Shown in pieces: positions 37,140 through 52,100 of a stretch of DNA of 64,000 nucleotides. The notes beneath the pieces were generated by a model. That model saw only the letters and a program-made list of their open reading frames with translations. It ran no database searches and had not been told where the DNA came from. The stretch's first letter is position 1. Every line of letters begins with the position of its first letter. Origin of the DNA: Laetmonice hystrix. Taxonomy: Eukaryota. The DNA lies in assembly GCA_965235115.1 (NCBI GenBank), contig OZ249440.1:33792001-33856000 (forward strand). Direction: 5' to 3'. A program made the translations under genes and the position numbers.

Positions 37140-40100
37140 ATTAAGTATACTTGGCTGAGTGCTTGAGGGTAACGCCTCAGGACCAGTGAACCATGTCATG
37201 GGGATGGGAAAGGGGCTGTTGGCTGAGTGGTTGGAGGTAAAGTCAGAGAGCCAGCCAGCCATATCATTGGGACTGGGAAGGGGGTGTTGGGTGACTGGCT
37301 GGGGGTAATGTCAGGGAGACAGTCAGCCATATCATTAGGGTTGGGAAAGGGGGGGGGGTGTTTGCTGAGTGTGTGGGGGAAGCCATATCATGGGAACTGG
37401 GAAGGGGGGGGAGGTGTTGGTTGAGTAGTTACAGGTAATGCCTGAAGGCCAGCCAGCCATATCATGGGATTGGAAAGGGGGTGTTGGGTGACTGGCTGGG
37501 GGTAATGTCAGGGAGACAGTCAGCCATGTCATGGGGACTGGGAACGGAGGTGTCGGGTGACTGGCTGGGGGTAATGTCAGGGGGACAGTCAGCCATGTCA
37601 TGGGGGTTTGGAAGGGGAGGTGTTTGCTGAGTGTGTGGGGGGAAGCCATATCATGGGAACTGGGAAGGGGGGAAGGTGTTGGTTGAGTAGTTAGAGGTAA
37701 TGCCTGAAGGCCAGCCAGCCATATCATGGGGATTGGAAAGGGGTGTTGGGTGACTGGCTGGGGGTAATGTCAGGGAGACAGTCAGCCATGTCATGGGGAC
37801 TGGGAAGGTGGTGTTGGGTGACTGGCTGGGGGTAATGTCAGGGAGACAGTCAGCCATGTCATGGGGACTGGCAAGGCGGTGTTGGGTGACTGGCTGGGGG
37901 TAATGTCAGGGAGACAGTCAGCCATGTCATGGGGACTGGAAAGGGGGAAGTTGTTGGTTGAGTAGATAGAATTAATGTCTGAAGGACAGCCAGCCATATC
38001 ATGGGGATTGGGAACGGAGGTGTCGGGTGACTGGCTGGGGTTAATGTCAAGGGGACAGTCAGCCATGTCATGGAGGTTGGGAAGGGGAGGTGTTTGCTGA
38101 GTGTGTGGGGGGAAGCCATATCATGGGAAGGGGGGAAGGTGTTGGTTGAGTAGTTAGAGGCAATGCCTGAAGGCCAGCCAACCATATCATGGGGATTGGG
38201 AAGGGGTATGGTGTTGGCTTAGTGGTTAGGAGTAATGTCTGAAGGTCAGCCAGCAATATTATGGGGGTTGGGAATTCGAGTCATGTTATCATCATTTATG
38301 ATCATTGTCATTCCCCGTGGGGCCCGGGAAACAATAGGCCCCATCCGTTTCATCACCTTTTTGGAGGGAGTTTGGGGAAGGTGTTCATTGTGTGGTTAGA
38401 GGTAATATCTGACGGCCAGATAGCCATAGTATGGGGATGGGGAAGGGGATAAGGTGTTGGCTGAGTGTTGGCAGGGAATGTCTCAGGACCGATCAGCCAT
38501 GTCGGGAATTGGGAAGGGAGGTATTGGCTGAGTGGTTCGAGGTAATGTCAGAGAGCCAGTCAGCCTTATCATGGGGACTGGGAAGAGGGGTGTCGGGTGA
38601 CTGGATGAGGGTAATGTCATTGGAAAACTCAGCCATATCATGGGGGTTGGGATAGGGGAGGTGTTGGCTGAGTGTTTGCAGGGAATGTCTGAGGAACAAT
38701 AAGCCATGTCAGGGAACGGGAAGGGGGATGTTGGGTGGGTTGGAGGTGGTAGTATAGAAGAAGAACGACAAATACCTAAAAAAAATCACAAAAGAAAAAT
38801 ATCAAAAAAAAAATTGTGGGTGATGGATGACTCAGCCATATCATGTTTATGAATGTAAACTTCATGTTTACATGAAGGCTAATCTGATGTCGCTTTACTG
38901 GGGCGTCACTGATGTGGGGTTGGAGGTGGTAGTATAGAAGGAAAAAGAAAAATACCTAAAAAAACATCACAAAAGAAAAATATGAAAAAAAGAAATTTGT
39001 AGGTGATGGATGTCGTCGTACTAAGACACATCTGTTGGGTGTTTACATCAAGGCTAATCTGATGTCGCTTTACTGGGGCGTCACTGATGTGTGATTGGAG
39101 GTGGTAGTATAGAAGAAAAACAAAAAACACCCAAAAAAAATCGCAAAAGCAAAATTGACATGCAGATTGCACTAGCATTACGTTCCACAACATTGACCGA
39201 TGTGCTCGGACGTGGTAACATTGGGTTTGAATCCATTGTTCAATCCGTTCTATCCTGCTCTGATAGGACGTGGATGGCATCAGGGCTTCTTCACTTTGTC
39301 GACCATCGGTAACGTCAGTAGTTGATCCGTCATGGCATGGAGGAGCATTTTCGTAAGTGTTGTCAGTATTATTAGTATAGCCATATCATTGAGGCTGGTT
39401 GCAAGTACATTTGGGACGAGAGGACTTGGTGTTAACATTAGGCATGATATACAAGTCAAAATTGAAAGTACCAAATAACAGTGAGAAAATAATAATTAGA
39501 GGTATACTCAGTAATTCTAATTAACGATTATTAGCTATAAAGAAAGGGGGAGTATAATGTCTGGTAGTCGATAAATGACTCATGCATCGGCATTCACCCG
39601 GAAAATACAACAAAAAACTGATAGGTCTTAGCCATAGAGATACAAGTTAATCACTGCGAAATACTACAAATTGTCGTGAAGTCAATCATAGGTAAATATC
39701 AAATAATTTACGTTTTGGGAAATGGGGGATCATCGGGTTTTGGCTGAGTTCATCGGGAATGTGTGAGGTGTTGGCTGAGTGCTTGAGGGTAACGTCTAAG
39801 GACCAGGCAACCATGTCATGGGGATGGGAAAGGGGCTGTTGGCTGAGTGGTTGGAGGTAATGTCAGAGAGACAGCCAGCCATATCATGGGGGCTGGGAAG
39901 GGGGGTGTTGGGTGACTGGCTGGGGGTAATGTCAGGGAGACAGTCAGCCATATCATGGGGGTTGGGAAAGGGAGGGGGTGTTTGCTGAGTGTGTGGGGGA
40001 AGCCATATCATGGGAACTGGGAAGGGGGGAAGGTGTTGGTTGAGTAGTTAGAGGTAATGCCTGAAGGCCAGCCAGCCATATCATGGGCATTGGAAAGGGG

Positions 40101-43100
40101 GTGTTGGGTGACTGGCTGGGGGTAATATCAGGGAGACAGTCAGCCATGTCATGGGGACTGGGAAGGGGTAAGGTGTTGGCTTAGTGGTTAGGAGTAATGT
40201 CTGAAGGTCAGCCAGCAATATTATGGGGGTTGGGAATTCGAGTCATCTTATCATCATTTATGATCATTGTCATTCCCCGTGGGGCCCGGGAAACAATAGG
40301 CCCCATCCGTTTCATCACCCTATGGGAGTGAGTTTGGGGATGGTGTTCATTGTGTGGTTAGAGGTAATATCTGAGGGCCAGACAGCCATAGTATGGGGAT
40401 GGGGAAGGGGATAAGGTGTTGGCTGAGTGTTTGCAGGGAATGTCTCAGGACTGATCAGCCATGTCGGGAATTGGGAAGGGAGGTATTGGCTGAGTGGTTC
40501 GAGGTAATGTCAGAGAGCCAGTCAGCCTTATCATGGGGACTGGGCAGAGGGGTGTCGGGTGACTGGATGAGGTAATGTCCTGGGGAAAGTCAGCCATATC
40601 ATGGGGGTTGGGATAGGGGGAGGTGTTGGCTGAGTGTTTGCAGGGAATGTCTGAGGAACAATAAGCCATGTCAGGGAACGGGAAGGGGGATGTTGGGTGG
40701 GTTGGAGGTGGTAGTATAGAAGAAGAACAACAAATACCTAAAAAAAAATCGCAAAAGAAAAATATGAAAAAAAAATTTGTGGGTGATGGATGTCGTTGTA
40801 CTAAGACATATCTGCTGGGTGTTTACATGAAGGCTAATCTGATGTCGCTTTACTGGGGCGTCACTGATGTGGGGTTGGAGGTGGTAGTATAGAAGAAAAA
40901 TGAAAAATACCTAAAAAAAATCACAAAAGAAAAATATGGAAAAAAAAGTTTGTGGGTGATGGATGTCGTCGTACTAAGACACAGCTGTTGGGTTTTTACA
41001 TCAAGGCTAATCTGATGTCGCTTTACTGGGGCGTCACTGATGTGTGATTGGAGGCGGTAGTATAGAAGAAAAACGAAAAACACCCAAAAAAATCGCAAAA
41101 GCAAAATGGACATGCAGATTGCACAAGCATTACGTTCCACGACATTGACCGATGTGCTCGGACGTGGTAACATTGGGTTTGAATCCATTGTTCAATCCGT
41201 TCTATCCTGCTCTGATAGGACGTGGATGGCATCAGGGCTTCTTCACTTTGTCGACCATCGGTAACGTCAGTAGTTGATCCGTCATGGCATGGAGGAGCAT
41301 TTTCGTAAGTGTTGTCAGTATTATTAGTATAGCCATATCATTGAGGCTGGTTGCAAGTACATTTGGGACGAGAGGACTTGGTGTTAACATTAGGCATGAT
41401 ATACAAGTCAAAATTGAAAGTACCAAGTAACAGTGAGAAATTAATAATTAGAGGTATACTCAGTAATTCTAATTAACGATTATTAGCTATAAAGAAAGGG
41501 GGAGTATAATGCCTGGTAGTCGATAAATGACTCATGCATCGGCATTCACCCGGAAAATACAACAAAAAACTGATAGGTTTTAGCCATAGAGATACAAGTT
41601 AGTCACTGCGAAATACTACAAATTGTCGTGAAGTCAATCATAGGTAAATATCAAATAATTTACGTTTTGGGAAATGGGGGTGTTGGCTGAGTTCATCGGG
41701 AATGTCTGAGGTGTTGGCTGGGTGCTTGAGGGTAACGTCTAAGGACCAGGCAACCATGTCATGGGGATGGGAAAGGGGCTGTTGGCTGAGTGGTTTCAGG
41801 TAATATCAGAGAGCCAGCCAGCCATATCATGGGGACTGGGAAGGGGGGTGTTGGGTGACTGGCTGGGGGTAATGTCAGGGAGAGAGTCAGCCATATCATG
41901 GGGGTTGGGAAAGGGAGGGGGTGTTTGCTGAGTGTGGGGGGAAGCCATATCATGGGAACTGGGAAGGGGGGAAGGTGTTGGTTGAGTAGTTAGAGGTAAT
42001 GCCTGAAGGCCAGCAAGCCATATCATGGGGATTGGAAAGAGGGTGTTGGGTGACTGGCTGGGGGTAATGTCAGGGAGACAGTCAGCCATGTCATGGGGAC
42101 TGGGAAGGGGGTGTTGGGTGACTGGCTGGGGGTAATATCAGGGAGACAGTCAGCCATGTCATGGGGACTGGGAAGGGGGAAGTTGTTGGTTGAGTAGATA
42201 GAATTAATGTCTGAAGGACAGCCAGCCATATCATGGGGATTGGAAAGGGGGTGTTGGGTGACTGGCTGGTGGTAATGTCAGGGAGACAGTCAGCCATGTC
42301 ATGGGGACTGGGAAAGGGGTGTTGGGTGAGTGGCTGGGGGTAATGTCAGGGAGACAGTCAGCCATGTCATGGGGACTGGGAAGGGGGAAGTTGTTGGTTG
42401 AGTAGATAGAATATTATTAATGTCTGAAGGACAGCCAGCCATATCATGGGGATTGGAAAGGGGGTGTTGGGTGACTGGCTGGGGGTAATGTCAGGGAGAC
42501 AGTCAGCCATGTCATAGGGACTGGGAAGGGGGTGTTGGGTGAGTGGCTGGGGGTAATGTCAGGGAGACAGTCAGCCATGTCATGGTGACTGGGAAGGGGG
42601 AAGTTGTTGGTTGAATAGATAGAATTAATGTCTGAAGGACAGCAAGCCATATCATGGGGATTGGGAACGGAGGTGTCGGGTGACTGGCTGGGGCTAATGT
42701 CAGGGGGACAGTCAGCCATGTCATGGGGGTTGGGAAGGGGAGGTTTTTGCTGAGTGTGTGTGGGGAAGCCATATCATGGGAACTGGGAAGGGGGGAAGGT
42801 GTTGGTTGAGTTGTTAGAGGTAATGCCTGAAGGCCAGCCAGCCATATCATGGGGATTGGGAAGGGGTAAGGTGTTGGCTTAGTGGTTAGGAGTAATGTCT
42901 GAAGGTCAGCCAGCAATATTATGGGGGTTGGGAATTCGAGTCATCTTATCATCATTTATGATCATTGTCATTCCCCGTGGGGCCCGGGAAACAATAGGCC
43001 CCATCCGTTTCATCACCCTATGGGAGTAAGTTTGGGGAAGGTGTTGATTGTGTGGTTAGAGGTAATATCTGAGGGCCAGACAGCCATAGTATGGGGATGG

Positions 43101-46100
43101 GGAAGGGGATAAGGTGTTGGCTGAGTGTTTGCAGGGAATGTCTCAGGACCGATCAGCCATGTCGGGAATTGGGAAGGGGGGTATTGGCTGAGTGGTTCGA
43201 GGTAATGTCAGAGAGCCAGTCAGCCTTATCATGGGGACTGGGCAGAGGGGTGTCGGGTGACTGGATGAGGTAATGTCCTGGGGAAAGTCAGCCATATCAT
43301 GGGGGTTGGGATAGGGGGAGGTGTTGGCTGAGTGTTTGCAGGGAATGTCTGAGGAACAATAAGCCATGTCAGGGAACGGGAAGGGGGATGTTGGGTGGGT
43401 TGGAGGTGGTAGTATAGAAGAAGAACAACAAATACCTAAAAAAAATCGCAAAAGAAAAATATGAAAAAAAAATTTGTGGGTGATGGATGTCGTTGTACTA
43501 AGACATATCTGCTGGGTGTTTACATGAAGGCTAATCTGATGTCGCTTTACTGGGGCGTCACTGATGTCGGGTTGGAGGTGGTAGTATAGAAGAAAAATGA
43601 AAAATACCTAAAAAAAATCACAAAAGAAAAATATGGAAAAAAAAGTTTGTGGGTGATGGATGTCGTCGTACTAAGACACAGCTGTTGGGTTTTTACATCA
43701 AGGCTAATCTGATGTCGCTTTACTGGGGCGTCACTGATGTGTGATTGGAGGCGGTAGTATAGAAGAAAAACGAAAAACACCCAAAAAAATCGCAAAAGCA
43801 AAATGGACATGCAGATTGCACAAGCATTACGTTCCACGACATTGACCGATGTGCTCGGACGTGGTAACATTGGGTTTGAATCCATTGTTCAATCCGTTCT
43901 ATCCTGCTCTGATAGGACGTGGATGGCATCAGGGCTTCTTCACTTTGTCGACCATCGGTAACGTCAGTAGTTGATCCGTCATGGCATGGAGGAGCATTTT
44001 CGTAAGTGTTGTCAGTATTATTAGTATAGCCATATCATTGAGGCTGGTTGCAAGTACATTTGGGACGAGAGGACTTGGTGTTAACATTAGGCATGATATA
44101 CAAGTCAAAATTGAAAGTACCAAGTAACAGTGAGAAAATAATAATTAGAGGTATACTCAGTAATTCTAATTAACGATTATTAGCTATAAAGAAAGGGGGA
44201 GTATAATGCCTGGTAGTCGATAAATGACTCATGCATCGGCATTCACCCGGAAAATACAACAAAAAACTGATAGGTTTTAGCCATAGAGATACAAGTTAGT
44301 CACTGCGAAATACTACAAATTGTCGTGAAGTCAATCATAGGTAAATATCAAATAATTTACGTTTTGGGAAATGGGGGTGTTGGCTGAGTTCATCGGGAAT
44401 GTCTGAGGTGTTGGCTGAGTGCTTGAGGGTAACGTCTAAGGACCAGGCAACCATGTCATGGGGATGGGAAAGGGGCTGTTGGCTGAGTGGTTTCAGGTAA
44501 TATCAGAGAGCCAGCCAGCCATATCATGGGGACTGGGAAGGGGGGTGTTGGGTGACTGGCTGGGGGTAATGTCAGGGAGAGAGTCAGCCATATCATGGGG
44601 GTTGGGAAAGGGAGGGGGTGTTTGCTGAGTGTGGGGGGGAAGCCATATCATGGGAACTGGGAAGGGGGGAAGGTGTTGGTTGAGTAGTTAGAGGTAATGC
44701 CTGAAGGCCAGCAAGCCATATCATGGGGATTGGAAAGAGGGTGTTGGGTGACTGGCTGGGGGTAATGTCAGGGAGACAGTCAGCCATGTCATGGGGACTG
44801 GGAAGGGGGTGTTGGGTGAGTGGCTGGGGGTAATGTCAGGGAGACAGTCAGCCATGTCATGGGGACTTGGAAGGGGGAAGTTGTTGGTTGAGTAGATAAA
44901 ACTAATGTCTGAAGGACAGCCAGCCATATCATGGGGATTAGGAACGGAGGTGTCGGGTGACTGGCTGGGGCTAATGTCAGGGGGACAGTCAGCCATGTCA
45001 TGGGGGTTGGGAAAGGGGGGGGGGTGTTTGCTGAGTGTGTGGGGGGAAGCCATATCATGGGAACTGGGAAGGGGGGAAGGTGTTGGTTGAGTTGTTAGAG
45101 GTAATGCCTGAAGGCCAGCCAGCCATATCATGGGGATTGGGAAGGGGTAAGGTGTTGGCTTAGTGGTTAGGAGTAATGTCTGAAGGTCAGCCAGCAATAT
45201 TATGGGGGCTGGGAATTCGAGTCATCTTATCATCATTTATGATCATTGTCATTCCCCGTGGGGCCCGGGAAACAATAGGCCCTCTCCGTTTCATCACCCT
45301 ATGGGAGTGAGTTTGGGGAAGGTGTTCATTGTGTGGTTAGAGGTAATATCTGAGGGCCAGACAGCCATAGTATGGGGATGGGGAAAGGGATAAGGTGTTG
45401 GCTGAGTGTTTGCAGGGAATGTCTCAGGACCGATCAGCCATGTCGGGAATTGGGAAGGGGGGTATTGGCTGAGTGGTTCGAGGTAATGTCAGAGAGCCAG
45501 TCAGCCTTATCATGGGGACTGGGCAGAGGGGTGTCGGGTGACTGGATGAGGTAATGTCCTGGGGAAAGTCAGCCATATCATGGGTGTTGGGATAGGGGGA
45601 GGTGTTGGCTGAGTGTTTGCAGGGAATGTCTGAGAAACAATAAGCCATGTCAGGGAACGGGAAGGGGGATGTTGGGTGGGTTGGAGGTGGTAGTATAGAA
45701 GAAGAACAACAAATACCTAAAAAAAAATCGCAAAAGAAAAATATCCAAAAAAAATTTGTGGGTGATGGATGTCGTTGTACTAAGACATATCTGCTGGGTG
45801 TTTACATGAAGGCTAATCTGATGTCGCTTTACTGGGGCGTCACTGATGTGGGGTTGGAGGAGGAAGTATAGAAGAAAAACGAAAAATACCTAAAAAAAAA
45901 AAATCACAGAGGAAAAATATGAAAAAAAAGTTTGTGGGTGATGGATGTCGTCGTACTAAGACACATCTGTTAAGTTTTTACATCAAGGCTAATCTGATGT
46001 CGCTTTACTGGGGCGTCACTGATGTGTGCTTGAAGGTGGTAGTATAGAAGAAAAACGAAAAACACCCAAAAAAATCGCAAAAGCAAAATGGACATGCAGA

Positions 46101-49100
46101 TTGCACTAGCATTACATTCTACGACATTGACCGATGTGCTCGGACGTGGTAACATTGGGTTTGAATCCATTGTTCAATCCGTTCTATCCTGCTCTGATAG
46201 GACGTGGATGGCATCAGGGCTTCTTCACTTTGTCGACCATCGGTAACGTCAGTAGTTGATCCGTCATGGCATGGAGGAGCATTTTCGTAAGTGTTGTCAG
46301 TATTATTAGTATAGCCATATCATTGAGGCTGGTTGCAAGTACATTTGGGACGAGAGGACTTGGTGTTAACATTAGGCATGATATACACGTGAAAATTGAA
46401 AGTACCAAGTAACAGTGAGTAAATAATAATTAGAGGTATACTAAGTAATTCTAATTAACGATTATTAGCTATAAAGAAAGGGGGAGTATAATGCCTGGTA
46501 GTCGATAAATGACTCATGCATCGGCATTCACCCGGAAAATACAACAAAAAACTGATAGGTTTTAGCCATAGAGATACAAGTTAGTCACTGCGAAATACTA
46601 CAAATTGTCGTGAAGTCAATCATAGGTAAATATCAAATAATTTACGTTTTGGGAAATGGGGGTGTTGGCTGAGTTCATCGGGAATGTCTGAGGTGTTGGC
46701 TGAGTGCTTGAGGGTAACGTCTAAGGACCAGGCAACCATGTCATGGGGATGGGAAAGGGGCTGTTGGCTGAGTGGTTTCAGGTAATATCAGAGAGCCAGC
46801 CAGCCATATCATGGGGACTGGGAAGGGGGGTGTTGGGTGACTGGCTGGGGGTAATGTCAGGGAGAGAGTCAGCCATATCATGGGGGTTGGGAAAGGGAGG
46901 GGGTGTTTGCTGAGTGTGGGGGGAAGCCATATCATGGGAACTGGGAAGGGGGGAAGGTGTTGGTTGAGTAGTTAGAGGTAATGCCTGAAGGCCAGCAAGC
47001 CATATCATGGGGATTGGAAAGAGGGTGTTGGGTGACTGGCTGGGGGTAATGTCAGGGAGACAGTCAGCCATGTCATGGGGACTGGGAAGGGGGTGTTGGG
47101 TGACTGGCTGGGGGTAATATCAGGGAGACAGTCAGCCATGTCATGGGGACTGGGAAGGGGGAAGTTGTTGGTTGAGTAGATAGAATTAATGTCTGAAGGA
47201 CAGCCAGCCATATCATGGGGATTGGAAAGGGGGTGTTGGGTGACTGGCTGGTGGTAATGTCAGGGAGACAGTCAGCCATGTCATGGGGACTGGGAAAGGG
47301 GTGTTGGGTGAGTGGCTGGGGGTAATGTCAGGGAGACAGTCAGCCATGTCATGGGGACTGGGAAGGGGGAAGTTGTTGGTTGAGTAGATAGAATATTATT
47401 AATGTCTGAAGGACAGCCAGCCATATCATGGGGAATGGAAAGGGGGTGTTGGGTGACTGGCTGGGGGTAATGTCAGGGAGACAGTCAGCCATGTCATAGG
47501 GACTGGGAAGGGGGTGTTGGGTGAGTGGCTGGGGGTAATGTCAGGGAGACAGTCAGCCATGTCATGGTGACTGGGAAGGGGGAAGTTGTTGGTTGAATAG
47601 ATAGAATTAATGTCTGAAGGACAGCAAGCCATATCATGGGGATTGGGAACGGAGGTGTCGGGTGACTGGCTGGGGCTAATGTCAGGGGGACAGTCAGCCA
47701 TGTCATGGGGGTTGGGAAGGGGAGGTTTTTGCTGAGTGTGTGTGGGGAAGCCATATCATGGGAACTGGGAAGGGGGGAAGGTGTTGGTTGAGTTGTTAGA
47801 GGTAATGCCTGAAGGCCAGCCAGCCATATCATGGGGATTGGGAAGGGGTAAGGTGTTGGCTTAGTGGTTAGGAGTAATGTCTGAAGGTCAGCCAGCAATA
47901 TTATGGGGGTTGGGAATTCGAGTCATCTTATCATCATTTATGATCATTGTCATTCCCCGTGGGGCCCGGGAAACAATAGGCCCCATCCGTTTCATCACCC
48001 TATGGGAGTAAGTTTGGGGAAGGTGTTGATTGTGTGGTTAGAGGTAATATCTGAGGGCCAGACAGCCATAGTATGGGGATGGGGAAGGGGATAAGGTGTT
48101 GGCTGAGTGTTTGCAGGGAATGTCTCAGGACCGATCAGCCATGTCGGGAATTGGGAAGGGGGGTATTGGCTGAGTGGTTCGAGGTAATGTCAGAGAGCCA
48201 GTCAGCCTTATCATGGGGACTGGGCAGAGGGGTGTCGGGTGACTGGATGAGGTAATGTCCTGGGGAAAGTCAGCCATATCATGGGGGTTGGGATAGGGGG
48301 AGGTGTTGGCTGAGTGTTTGCAGGGAATGTCTGAGGAACAATAAGCCATGTCAGGGAACGGGAAGGGGGATGTTGGGTGGGTTGGAGGTGGTAGTATAGA
48401 AGAAGAACAACAAATACCTAAAAAAAATCGCAAAAGAAAAATATGAAAAAAAAATTTGTGGGTGATGGATGTCGTTGTACTAAGACATATCTGCTGGGTG
48501 TTTACATGAAGGCTAATCTGATGTCGCTTTACTGGGGCGTCACTGATGTCGGGTTGGAGGTGGTAGTATAGAAGAAAAATGAAAAATACCTAAAAAAAAT
48601 CACAAAAGAAAAATATGGAAAAAAAAGTTTGTGGGTGATGGATGTCGTCGTACTAAGACACAGCTGTTGGGTTTTTACATCAAGGCTAATCTGATGTCGC
48701 TTTACTGGGGCGTCACTGATGTGTGATTGGAGGCGGTAGTATAGAAGAAAAACGAAAAACACCCAAAAAAATCGCAAAAGCAAAATGGACATGCAGATTG
48801 CACAAGCATTACGTTCCACGACATTGACCGATGTGCTCGGACGTGGTAACATTGGGTTTGAATCCATTGTTCAATCCGTTCTATCCTGCTCTGATAGGAC
48901 GTGGATGGCATCAGGGCTTCTTCACTTTGTCGACCATCGGTAACGTCAGTAGTTGATCCGTCATGGCATGGAGGAGCATTTTCGTAAGTGTTGTCAGTAT
49001 TATTAGTATAGCCATATCATTGAGGCTGGTTGCAAGTACATTTGGGACGAGAGGACTTGGTGTTAACATTAGGCATGATATACAAGTCAAAATTGAAAGT

Positions 49101-52100
49101 ACCAAGTAACAGTGAGAAAATAATAATTAGAGGTATACTCAGTAATTCTAATTAACGATTATTAGCTATAAAGAAAGGGGGAGTATAATGCCTGGTAGTC
49201 GATAAATGACTCATGCATCGGCATTCACCCGGAAAATACAACAAAAAACTGATAGGTTTTAGCCATAGAGATACAAGTTAGTCACTGCGAAATACTACAA
49301 ATTGTCGTGAAGTCAATCATAGGTAAATATCAAATAATTTACGTTTTGGGAAATGGGGGTGTTGGCTGAGTTCATCGGGAATGTCTGAGGTGTTGGCTGA
49401 GTGCTTGAGGGTAACGTCTAAGGACCAGGCAACCATGTCATGGGGATGGGAAAGGGGCTGTTGGCTGAGTGGTTTCAGGTAATATCAGAGAGCCAGCCAG
49501 CCATATCATGGGGACTGGGAAGGGGGGTGTTGGGTGACTGGCTGGGGGTAATGTCAGGGAGAGAGTCAGCCATATCATGGGGGTTGGGAAAGGGAGGGGG
49601 TGTTTGCTGAGTGTGGGGGGGAAGCCATATCATGGGAACTGGGAAGGGGGGAAGGTGTTGGTTGAGTAGTTAGAGGTAATGCCTGAAGGCCAGCAAGCCA
49701 TATCATGGGGATTGGAAAGAGGGTGTTGGGTGACTGGCTGGGGGTAATGTCAGGGAGACAGTCAGCCATGTCATGGGGACTGGGAAGGGGGTGTTGGGTG
49801 AGTGGCTGGGGGTAATGTCAGGGAGACAGTCAGCCATGTCATGGGGACTTGGAAGGGGGAAGTTGTTGGTTGAGTAGATAAAACTAATGTCTGAAGGACA
49901 GCCAGCCATATCATGGGGATTAGGAACGGAGGTGTCGGGTGACTGGCTGGGGCTAATGTCAGGGGGACAGTCAGCCATGTCATGGGGGTTGGGAAAGGGG
50001 GGGGGGGTGTTTGCTGAGTGTGTGGGGGGAAGCCATATCATGGGAACTGGGAAGGGGGGAAGGTGTTGGTTGAGTTGTTAGAGGTAATGCCTGAAGGCCA
50101 GCCAGCCATATCATGGGGATTGGGAAGGGGTAAGGTGTTGGCTTAGTGGTTAGGAGTAATGTCTGAAGGTCAGCCAGCAATATTATGGGGGCTGGGAATT
50201 CGAGTCATCTTATCATCATTTATGATCATTGTCATTCCCCGTGGGGCCCGGGAAACAATAGGCCCTCTCCGTTTCATCACCCTATGGGAGTGAGTTTGGG
50301 GAAGGTGTTCATTGTGTGGTTAGAGGTAATATCTGAGGGCCAGACAGCCATAGTATGGGGATGGGGAAAGGGATAAGGTGTTGGCTGAGTGTTTGCAGGG
50401 AATGTCTCAGGACCGATCAGCCATGTCGGGAATTGGGAAGGGGGGTATTGGCTGAGTGGTTCGAGGTAATGTCAGAGAGCCAGTCAGCCTTATCATGGGG
50501 ACTGGGCAGAGGGGTGTCGGGTGACTGGATGAGGTAATGTCCTGGGGAAAGTCAGCCATATCATGGGTGTTGGGATAGGGGGAGGTGTTGGCTGAGTGTT
50601 TGCAGGGAATGTCTGAGAAACAATAAGCCATGTCAGGGAACGGGAAGGGGGATGTTGGGTGGGTTGGAGGTGGTAGTATAGAAGAAGAACAACAAATACC
50701 TAAAAAAAAATCGCAAAAGAAAAATATCCAAAAAAAATTTGTGGGTGATGGATGTCGTTGTACTAAGACATATCTGCTGGGTGTTTACATGAAGGCTAAT
50801 CTGATGTCGCTTTACTGGGGCGTCACTGATGTGGGGTTGGAGGAGGAAGTATAGAAGAAAAACGAAAAATACCTAAAAAAAAAAATCACAGAGGAAAAAT
50901 ATGAAAAAAAAGTTTGTGGGTGATGGATGTCGTCGTACTAAGACACATCTGTTAAGTTTTTACATCAAGGCTAATCTGATGTCGCTTTACTGGGGCGTCA
51001 CTGATGTGTGCTTGAAGGTGGTAGTATAGAAGAAAAACGAAAAACACCCAAAAAAATCGCAAAAGCAAAATGGACATGCAGATTGCACTAGCATTACATT
51101 CTACGACATTGACCGATGTGCTCGGACGTGGTAACATTGGGTTTGAATCCATTGTTCAATCCGTTCTATCCTGCTCTGATAGGACGTGGATGGCATCAGG
51201 GCTTCTTCACTTTGTCGACCATCGGTAACGTCAGTAGTTGATCCGTCATGGCATGGAGGAGCATTTTCGTAAGTGTTGTCAGTATTATTAGTATAGCCAT
51301 ATCATTGAGGCTGGTTGCAAGTACATTTGGGACGAGAGGACTTGGTGTTAACATTAGGCATGATATACACGTGAAAATTGAAAGTACCAAGTAACAGTGA
51401 GTAAATAATAATTAGAGGTATACTAAGTAATTCTAATTAACGATTATTAGCTATACAGAAAGGGGGAGTATAATGCCTGGTAGTCGATAAATGACTCATG
51501 CATCGGCATTCACCCGGAAAATACAACAAAAAACTGATAGGTTTTAGCCATAGAGATACAAGTTAATCACTGCGAAATACTTCAAATTGTCGTGAAGTCA
51601 ATCATAAGTAAATATCATCTAATTTACGTTTTGGGAAATGGGGGTGTTGGCTGAGTTCATCGGGAATGTCTGAGGTGTTGGCTGAGTGCTTGAGGGTAAC
51701 GTCTAACGACCAGGCAACCATGTCATGGGGATGGGAAAGGGGCTGTTGGCTGAGTGGTTGGAGGTAATGTCAGAGAGCCAGCCAGCCATATCATGGGGAC
51801 TGGGAAGGGGGTGTTGGGTGACTGGCTGGGGGTAATGTCAGGGAGACAGTCAGCCATATCATGGGGGTTGGGAAAGGGAGGGGGGGGGTGTTTGCTGAGT
51901 GTGTGGGGGAAGCCATATCATGGGAACTGGGAAGGGGGGAAGGTGTTGGTTGAGTAGTTAGAGGTAATGCCTGAAGGCCAGCCAGCCATATCATGGGGAT
52001 TGGAAAGGGGGTGTTGGGTGACTGGCTGGGGGTAGTGTCAGGGAGACAGTCAGCCATGTCATGGGGACTGGGAAGGGGGTGTTGGGTGACTGGCTGGGGG